Below are positions 58,223 through 63,889 of a stretch of 63,889 bases of DNA, piece after piece. The stretch's first letter is position 1; each line of letters starts with the position of its first letter. The notes under the pieces are model-generated. The model was not told the DNA's origin. It made no database searches and worked only from the letters and a program-made list of their open reading frames with translations. The DNA is from Deltaproteobacteria bacterium UBA5799 (GTDB lineage Bacteria > Desulfobacterota > GWC2-55-46): assembly GCA_002418185.1 (NCBI GenBank), contig DIDN01000034.1, positions 1 through 63,889 on the forward strand. Reading direction: 5' to 3'. The position numbers and the translations under genes are program-made.

Positions 58223-59317
58223 TTAGTGAATCGAGGCGGCAGCCCTCTCCGGGATTTCGGTTGTTGCGGGGTGGAAATCAGCCGACTGTGCTAAAATTGT
58301 GCTAAATCGCTCCTGAACCTTTTGGGCCGCAAGCTTCAGGTCAGCCTCATTGACGATGTTATACCTGTCAAAGATGCTCCTTGTCTTGTGGCCTGAGACC
58401 TTCATTGCGACCCTTTCAGGAACGCCAGCCCTTACCATATTTCTCACAGCCGTCCTTCTGAAATCGTGGAATATCTTTCCCTCAAGCCCTGCCCTCTTGC
58501 AGGCAGATAACCAAGCCTCTCTAAACCACCTTACGGGCTGCCCGGTCTCGCCGAAAAAGACCCAAGGGCATTTGGGAAACTTCCTGTCCCTCAGGGCCTT
58601 CTGCAATCGCATGGTTTCCAATAGCTCCCCTGCCATGTAGACGACCCTTGATTCCCCGTTCTTGGTGTTTTCCGGCCTGAGGGTAATCTTTCCCTCGAAG
58701 AGGTCAACCTGAGGCCATTGAAGGCTTAGAATCTCCATCTTCCTCATTCCCGTATAGTAGGCCATTGTAGCGACTGGCCTTAGGTAATACGGAAGGGCCT
58801 CCTTGAGGGCCAGATATTCCGGGTGCTCGAAGTATCCCTGCCTGATATTGTTCTCCCTCAAGCTGGGTATGTAAGGCACATTGAGCACCTTTGGAGGGGT
58901 TGCCCTTGCGCCGAGACGGAACATCCGTTTGAGGGCCGCCATTTCCCTGTTGATGGTCGCGTTCTTCGCGCCTTCATTCTGCCTCTTCACGATATAGGAC
59001 TGAATGAGCGTTGTCGTTATCTCCGCAACCTTCATCCCCTTGAACGTCTTTTCAAGGTGCCTGAGGTTCCTCCCTATCCGGTCGAGGGACTTTTTCCCGT
59101 TGACCTGATAATCGAGGGTAAGGCCCTGGCTCAGTTCCTCAAACGTTGTCTCTCTTGCCTCGACTTCGAAGAACTTCCCTTCGACTACCTGAGTCTTTAC
59201 CTTGCAGAGGATTTCCTCTGCCAATTTCTTTGACGTGGTCTCGCATGAACGGCGTACCTGTTTGCCGTTGTACGAAAACCGCATCCACCAGACCGAGCCT
59301 CTCTTGAACAGTCCCAA
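58223..59317 (-). CDS. Tyrosine recombinase / phage-type integrase
   Basis: N-terminal SAM-like core-binding region. The C-terminal catalytic residues lie in ...[14 protein letters not shown]..., HDFRRT and [11 protein letters not shown] (R...HxxR...Y). TTG start directly after the xis stop. Confidence 0.9.
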   Translation of the reverse strand: MGLFKRGSVWWMRFSYNGKQVRRSCETTSKKLAEEILCKVKTQVVEGKFFEVEARETTFEELSQGLTLDYQVNGKKSLDRIGRNLRHLEKTFKGMKVAEITTTLIQSYIVKRQNEGAKNATINREMAALKRMFRLGARATPPKVLNVPYIPSLRENNIRQGYFEHPEYLALKEALPYYLRPVATMAYYTGMRKMEILSLQWPQVDLFEGKITLRPENTKNGESRVVYMAGELLETMRLQKALRDRKFPKCPWVFFGETGQPVRWFREAWLSACKRAGLEGKIFHDFRRTAVRNMVRAGVPERVAMKVSGHKTRSIFDRYNIVNEADLKLAAQKVQERFSTILAQSADFHPATTEIPERAAASIH

Positions 59318-59638
59318 TTAGACCTCCTTCCTGAGGCCTTGATTCGGGCTGGTTTCCCGTTTGGACGTATTGTAACGTTTTCCGGTCACGTCCTCAACGG
59401 CCTTTTTGATTATGTTATCGATATCCAAACCGCTTGATTTTGTTTTGGTTTTCGTAACGTTACGGGCCGTTGCCCTCGACTGCCTGAGCCATTCTTTGAC
59501 CTCTTCCATGTCGAAACGCACAAGGCCGCCCACCTTGTATGATGGAATGGAGCCGTTACGCACCCATGAATAAAGCGTTGGCTCCTTAACGTTCAGGAAC
59601 GTTGATACCTCTTTTATCGTTACAAGCTCCATAACCAT
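59318..59638 (-). CDS. Excisionase-family HTH DNA-binding protein
   Basis: LVTIKEVSTFLNVKEPTLYSWVRNGSIPSYKVGGLVRFDMEEVKEWL is a typical HTH_17/Xis fold motif. Directly upstream of int. Confidence 0.8.
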   Translation of the reverse strand: MVMELVTIKEVSTFLNVKEPTLYSWVRNGSIPSYKVGGLVRFDMEEVKEWLRQSRATARNVTKTKTKSSGLDIDNIIKKAVEDVTGKRYNTSKRETSPNQGLRKEV

Positions 59639-59682
59639 AACGTTGGGCCAACGTTGCCTCAGGCCCGTGTCCTTTCCATAAC

Positions 59683-59726
59683 ATACGTTACGGGAATTAC
59701 CCTTCCATACGTTACGTAACGTATGG
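59683..59726. promoter_or_regulatory. Operator-like site: direct CATACGTTACG repeats and a perfect 22-bp palindrome
   Basis: catacgttacg occurs at 59683-59693 and 59706-59716. ccatacgttacgtaacgtatgg (59705-59726) is its own reverse complement. The site lies upstream of xis-int. Confidence 0.55.
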
Positions 59727-59865
59727 GCTGCTTTTTAGCGATTACAGATACGAGCAAAATCCGTATCGCATACATACGTATATATACGCTTGCCGAGATG
59801 AAGTCCCGGACACCGACAGGGGTGTTTTTTGTCCGGCGTGGGAAGGGCGATAAATAACAAACGTT

Positions 59866-59951
59866 GTCATTCTGAGCGCAGCGAAGAATCTCGTATTTGG
59901 AAAATAGCAAGTTACGAGATTCTTCGGTCGCTTTCGCTCCCTCAGAATGAC
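59866..59951. repeat. GTCATTCTGAG...CTCAGAATGAC hairpin element (about 86 bp)
   Basis: Inverted arms are gtcattctgagcgcagcgaagaatctcgta and tacgagattcttcggtcgctttcgctccctcagaatgac. Same architecture as 12945-13034. Confidence 0.7.
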
Positions 59952-59980
59952 AGGAAGCGGAATCAGGCTAACGTTTGGGG

Positions 59981-60949
59981 CTAAAACCTGTAGAGGGGCT
60001 TTATGTGCCTATTGATGAACTTCTCAAAGGCATAAGGATGGGCGGGGGGGATTATGCCGCAGGACTCAAGGAACCTGTAAAGCTCAAGGCTTCCGAGCTT
60101 GTAAAGGCCCATAGGCCAGAAGAAGTTCAAGACGAAATACGTCTTTCCATGCTGTCCGATTCGCTTAAGCGGGGTGTCCGATACGGCCTTGCCGAGGTCT
60201 TTGAAAAAGCGGGTATCGCCTGTAAGCTGGGCCTTTATTATCCGGGCCTTGACCTTATCGTGGAATAGGAAGCCCTTGTCCAACGTAACGGCCTTGAAGA
60301 GGGCTTTATCATCCCCTTCGCTGAATCTGGCGATAAGCTCATGGATGGTCTTCTGTTGGGCTATATGGGGCAGTATGAAAAAGAGCACCCCTATGAAGGT
60401 CATAAGGACTTCCGGCTTTTCGAACTCGCCTTCAAGCTCGCCTTCTTGAGGGGGCTTTGCCTTCTCAACCTCTGAGAAAAGATAACGGAGCAGGAGGGAA
60501 AAGACTATGGAGAAATAGTCCCTTGTCTCTTTCTCGAAAACGTTGTCCAAATCCGGCTTGAAGGCGGGCCTTCGAGAAAGGGCCTCAAGCTCCCTCCGAT
60601 AATATGCCCTGCTTTCCTCTTCGGGTAGACTTTCTGCAAGGCTTGAGCAAATTTTCAGGACCTTCTCCGGGTTGTCGAGTGAGTTGACCACCTCAAGGAA
60701 GTTTCCCATGATGCCTTTATCAAGGCCGAACTTCTCCAAAAAGCCTGTGAAGCCCTCATTGAACTCGCCTCTGTAGAAGTCCTGCCATTGGCAGCCTGTA
60801 ACCTCCTGAACGATATCCTCCGGCAGGCAGGGAAACCCCTCTGAGGGGCTTTTTTCGAGCTGGCCTATGAAGTCCAGAAAACAGGCGGCAAGCCTGTCAA
60901 GGCAGGGGTCTATCTTCCGCTTCCAGTTGTCATTGGGAGGTCTCTTCAC
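59981..60949 (-). CDS. Hypothetical protein (island cargo, no recognisable domain)
   Basis: 322-aa ORF with lower-GC codon usage consistent with the island. It is divergent from mod. I recognise no motif. Confidence 0.65.
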   Translation of the reverse strand: MKRPPNDNWKRKIDPCLDRLAACFLDFIGQLEKSPSEGFPCLPEDIVQEVTGCQWQDFYRGEFNEGFTGFLEKFGLDKGIMGNFLEVVNSLDNPEKVLKICSSLAESLPEEESRAYYRRELEALSRRPAFKPDLDNVFEKETRDYFSIVFSLLLRYLFSEVEKAKPPQEGELEGEFEKPEVLMTFIGVLFFILPHIAQQKTIHELIARFSEGDDKALFKAVTLDKGFLFHDKVKARIIKAQLTGDTRFFKDLGKAVSDTPLKRIGQHGKTYFVLNFFWPMGLYKLGSLELYRFLESCGIIPPAHPYAFEKFINRHIKPLYRF

Positions 60950-61096
60950 GGAAAGGCCTGTATGTTCGTAACGTTAACGTAACGTATGGGAGCCAGGGGC
61001 CTGTACGCCTGAAGGCCAATCGTAACATAAGCTATTGAAAATTCCGCAAATAAAAGTTAAAAATATGGCTGGACTCAAGGGGGGTGCGGCTTCCAA

Positions 61097-62716
61097 ATGG
61101 CTATTCTCAATTTCAAGGGCAAGACCTTTGTCCAGAACCATCATCTCGCCGTCAAATTCCACCAGCTTGTCCCCAAAAAGGACTTAAGCCTTACGGACAA
61201 GGCAAGCCTTAACGACAACCTCATAATCAACGGGGACAACCTGAAGGCCCTCAAGGCCCTCCTTCCGACCTATGCCGGAAAGGTGAAGTGCATATACATA
61301 GACCCGCCCTACAACACCGGAAATGAGAAGTGGGCCTATAACGATAATGTAAACTCGCCCATGATGCAGGAATGGCTCGGCAAGGTGGTTGACCGGGAGG
61401 ACCTTACCCGCCATGACAAATGGCTCTGCATGATGATGCCGAGGCTCAAGCTTCTGAGGGAGCTACTGAGGGAAGACGGGGTTATTTTCGTCAACATAGA
61501 TGACAATGAAGTCCATCATCTTAGGATGTTGATGGATGAAATTTTCGGGGCTGATAATTTTCTTGCAGCAATTGCATGGGAGAAGAGGTTTACGAGGAGC
61601 AATAATGCACGCTTATTTTCATCAATAAAAGACTATATCGTAACATATCGTAAAAGCCCTGCCGTTTCACAGCTCAGAGAGGCCCGTTCCGAAAAATCAG
61701 ATTCTATTTATTCCAATCCCGATAATGACCCCAGAGGGCCTTGGACAAGCGTTTCATATGTTAATCCAGCAACAAAGGCTCAAAGACCAAATTTAACATA
61801 CAAAATCAAGAATCCTTTTTCTAAAAAGATGATTGAGCACCCGACAAATGCATGGAAATACAGTTATGAGGTTTATCTCGAACACGAAAAAGAAAATCGT
61901 TTGCATTGGGGCGAAGCGGGAGGGAATACTTTCCCAAGATTGAAAAAATTCCTTTCAGAAGTCGAGGGAGGCATTGTTCCAACCGATTTGTGGCGATATG
62001 ATGATGCAGGCACAACCGATGAGGGAAGCAAGGAGCTTGATGAAATCATAGGTAAGGATATCTTTGATAACCCCAAGCCTACAAAGCTTATAAAAAAGAT
62101 TTTAAATCTCGCATTAGATGATTCGGAAAATTCTATAATCCTCGACTCCTTCGGAGGCTCCGGCACAACCGCCCATGCCGTATTAGACCTGAACAAAGAG
62201 GACGGGGGCAATCGCAAATTCATCCTTGTCGAGTGCGAGGACTACGCAGACAAGATAACAGCCGAGAGGGTGAGAAGGGTAATAAAAGGCGTAAAGGGCG
62301 CAAAGGATGAAAAGCTCAAGGAAGGGCTTGGAGGCTCTTTCAGCTTCTTCGAGCTTGGCGACCCTATCGAGATGGAAAGCATACTTGAGGGCAGGAAACT
62401 CCCCTCTTATCTCGACCTTGCAAGATATGTCTTCTATACCGCAACGGGCGAGGAGTTCGACCCGAAGAAGGTCAACGAGAAGAAGAACTTCATCGGCGAA
62501 TCACGGGAGTATGAGGCGTATCTTTTCTATAAGCCTGATATAGAGTACCTTAAAAGGACGGCTCTGAACCTCGACCTTGCAAAGAGCCTGGGCGAGTACA
62601 AGGGCAAGAAACGCCTTGTCTTCGCGCCCTCGAAGTATCTCGACACCAACTACCTTCTTGATTACCGCATCGAGTATTGCCAACTGCCGTTTGAGATTTA
62701 CAAATTAAAGGGCTAG
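61097..62716 (+). CDS. mod: Type III R-M DNA methyltransferase (Mod, beta-class N6/N4)
   Basis: Motif IV IYIDPPYNTG is N-terminal, motif I LDSFGGSGTTAHAV is C-terminal, and a variable TRD lies between them. res follows downstream. Confidence 0.85.
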   Translation: MAILNFKGKTFVQNHHLAVKFHQLVPKKDLSLTDKASLNDNLIINGDNLKALKALLPTYAGKVKCIYIDPPYNTGNEKWAYNDNVNSPMMQEWLGKVVDREDLTRHDKWLCMMMPRLKLLRELLREDGVIFVNIDDNEVHHLRMLMDEIFGADNFLAAIAWEKRFTRSNNARLFSSIKDYIVTYRKSPAVSQLREARSEKSDSIYSNPDNDPRGPWTSVSYVNPATKAQRPNLTYKIKNPFSKKMIEHPTNAWKYSYEVYLEHEKENRLHWGEAGGNTFPRLKKFLSEVEGGIVPTDLWRYDDAGTTDEGSKELDEIIGKDIFDNPKPTKLIKKILNLALDDSENSIILDSFGGSGTTAHAVLDLNKEDGGNRKFILVECEDYADKITAERVRRVIKGVKGAKDEKLKEGLGGSFSFFELGDPIEMESILEGRKLPSYLDLARYVFYTATGEEFDPKKVNEKKNFIGESREYEAYLFYKPDIEYLKRTALNLDLAKSLGEYKGKKRLVFAPSKYLDTNYLLDYRIEYCQLPFEIYKLKG

Positions 62717-62723
62717 GACAATT

Positions 62724-63143
62724 ATGAGTATCGCAGAAATAAGCGGACTGCTAACCGGGATTAAAGCGGCAAGTGATATACTTCTTTTTGTAAGGAATGC
62801 AGATTTTTCCTTGGAAAAGGCCGAACTCAAATTTAAGCTATCTGAGTTAATGAGCGCACTTGCAGATGTGAAAATTCAAGCCGCACAAGTTCAGGATGTG
62901 TTATTGCAAAAGGACGAGCAAATAAAAGAGCTAACTAAGGCACTTGAACTCAAGGCCAAAGTTAAAAGAGAAGGTAATGCATACTATGAAGTAGATACAA
63001 ATGAAAATGCTGTTGGAGACCCATATTGCTCTAATTGCTGGGAAACCTCTTTTAGGCTTGTGCATTTGAATTATATAGAACATTGGAATCGTTGTCCTTT
63101 CTGTAAAACCACATATGAGGCGCATTTAACCAGAACAAAATAA
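62724..63143 (+). CDS. Hypothetical coiled-coil plus C-terminal zinc-ribbon protein
   Basis: N-terminal amphipathic helix or coiled coil (KFKLSELMSALADVKIQAAQVQDVLLQKDEQIKELTKALE). C-terminal CSNCW...x22...CPFC. It starts after a 7-nt gap following the mod stop. Confidence 0.7.
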   Translation: MSIAEISGLLTGIKAASDILLFVRNADFSLEKAELKFKLSELMSALADVKIQAAQVQDVLLQKDEQIKELTKALELKAKVKREGNAYYEVDTNENAVGDPYCSNCWETSFRLVHLNYIEHWNRCPFCKTTYEAHLTRTK

Positions 63144-63155
63144 AAAAGGTATAAA

Positions 63156-63416
63156 ATGCCTGAAATAAGTCGCTTTTTCGGTATAATCATATTGATGTTT
63201 CACAAAGACCATAACCCGCCCCATTTTCATGCGAGATATGGAGGTGAGAAGGCGGCGATAAGGATTGCGGATTTTGCAATACTTGAAGGCTATCTATCGC
63301 CGAGGGCATTGGGCCTTGTAATGGAGTGGGCTGAAATACATAAAGACGAACTTTTGAAGAATTGGGATTTGGCAAAGGATAAGCAACCGCTCTTTCATAT
63401 TGAGCCGCTTAAGTAA
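63156..63416 (+). CDS. DUF4160-family protein
   Basis: MPEISRFFGIIILMFHKDHNPPHFHARYGG is the characteristic DUF4160 N-terminus. Confidence 0.8.
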   Translation: MPEISRFFGIIILMFHKDHNPPHFHARYGGEKAAIRIADFAILEGYLSPRALGLVMEWAEIHKDELLKNWDLAKDKQPLFHIEPLK

Positions 63417-63428
63417 GGAGGGCTGGCC

Positions 63429-63719
63429 ATGTATGATGTTATCAAGGCTGAATATCTTGAAGGCTACAAGATAGCCGTAACGTTCGAAAACGGGAAAAAT
63501 GGCGTAGTTGACTTCAAGGATTATCCGAAGCTTGGCGGTGTTTATGCCCGTTTTGCTGATATGGAATATTTTAGGAAGTTTTTCATTAATGAAGAAACCG
63601 GAGTGCTGTGCTGGCCTGATGAAGTGGATGTCGCACCGGAGACACTTTATCACGAAGCAACCGGAGAGCCTTTGCCAAAATGGATGAATGATGATTCTGA
63701 CCGGAAAAAAGCTATTTGA
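63429..63719 (+). CDS. DUF2442-family protein
   Basis: YKIAVTFENGKNGVVDF...GVLCWPDEVDVAPETLY matches the DUF2442 pattern. It is the usual partner gene of DUF4160. Confidence 0.8.
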   Translation: MYDVIKAEYLEGYKIAVTFENGKNGVVDFKDYPKLGGVYARFADMEYFRKFFINEETGVLCWPDEVDVAPETLYHEATGEPLPKWMNDDSDRKKAI

Positions 63720-63734
63720 AAGATAAGACGGTAG

Positions 63735-63889
63735 ATGGAGCTTAAAGAGTACCAGAAAAAGACCATCGAGCAGGTAAAGCTCTACCTCGAAGCTCTGGCT
63801 GCGTTCAAGGACAAGAACGAAAAGGCCGTCGAGATAGACCCTGAGCTTTCCATCGACTTTCCCCTGAAGGCTTGGGAGAAGGTCGCAAG
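63735..63889 (+). CDS. res: Type III restriction enzyme Res subunit / DEAD-box helicase-like, N-terminal fragment (runs off the window)
   Basis: MELKEYQKKTIEQVKLYLE is a typical Res/helicase N-terminus. Same strand and operon as mod. Only 51 codons are visible. Confidence 0.55.
   Translation, partial: MELKEYQKKTIEQVKLYLEALAAFKDKNEKAVEIDPELSIDFPLKAWEKVA

Larger units (their letters stand above)
58203..63889. mobile_element. Integrated genomic island at the tRNA-Leu 3' end; the far boundary is outside the window
   Basis: The integrase gene ends 20 bp from the tRNA 3' end and xis is adjacent. There is a visible drop in GC and a change in codon usage from about 59.6 kb onward. Cargo is R-M and small-protein genes. 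Confidence 0.8.

Overview
High-GC (about 60%) chromosomal segment from a Gram-negative, probably anaerobic bacterium. Codon usage is rich in AGG, ATA and AAG, and I cannot assign the lineage from sequence alone. Most of the window is tightly packed core genes. These are a dual trehalose synthesis cluster (otsBA, treT and a coupled unknown), a MEDS/PAS hybrid histidine kinase, and an Rrf2 / FAD-oxidoreductase / pterin cluster (PCD, SDR, folB, folK). Next come nth, ndk, a protoglobin-PsiE fusion, rlmN, mtnP, a PfkB kinase, a TPR lipoprotein, a RodZ-like protein, two tRNA-Ser genes and an RND efflux operon. They are followed by SRP RNA with dnaX-ybaB-recR, a four-subunit pyruvate:ferredoxin oxidoreductase, mglB/mglA, mutS2-dnaG-rpoD, asd and truA. 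A quinone-biosynthesis cluster follows (UbiV-like, UbiK-like, ubiB, a CGGC protein, ubiE and an SCP2 protein). After it lie a 1084-aa secreted beta-helix/cadherin-like repeat protein and a convergent monoheme cytochrome-porin fusion (Cyc2-like). From tRNA-Leu(UAA) at 58116-58202 to the window end lies a lower-GC integrated island. It carries integrase, excisionase, an orphan 322-aa protein and a type III R-M operon whose mod and res genes are separated by three small genes. Superimposed on the core is a dispersed family of roughly 125-bp imperfect-palindrome repeat modules. These include a 464-bp giant hairpin, an insertion inside the PFOR operon, and one bracketed by a 28-bp duplication of a tRNA-Ser 3' end. 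There are also three tandem perfect hairpins and two GTCATT...AATGAC hairpin elements. All functional calls rest on motifs and remembered family features, since no database search was possible.
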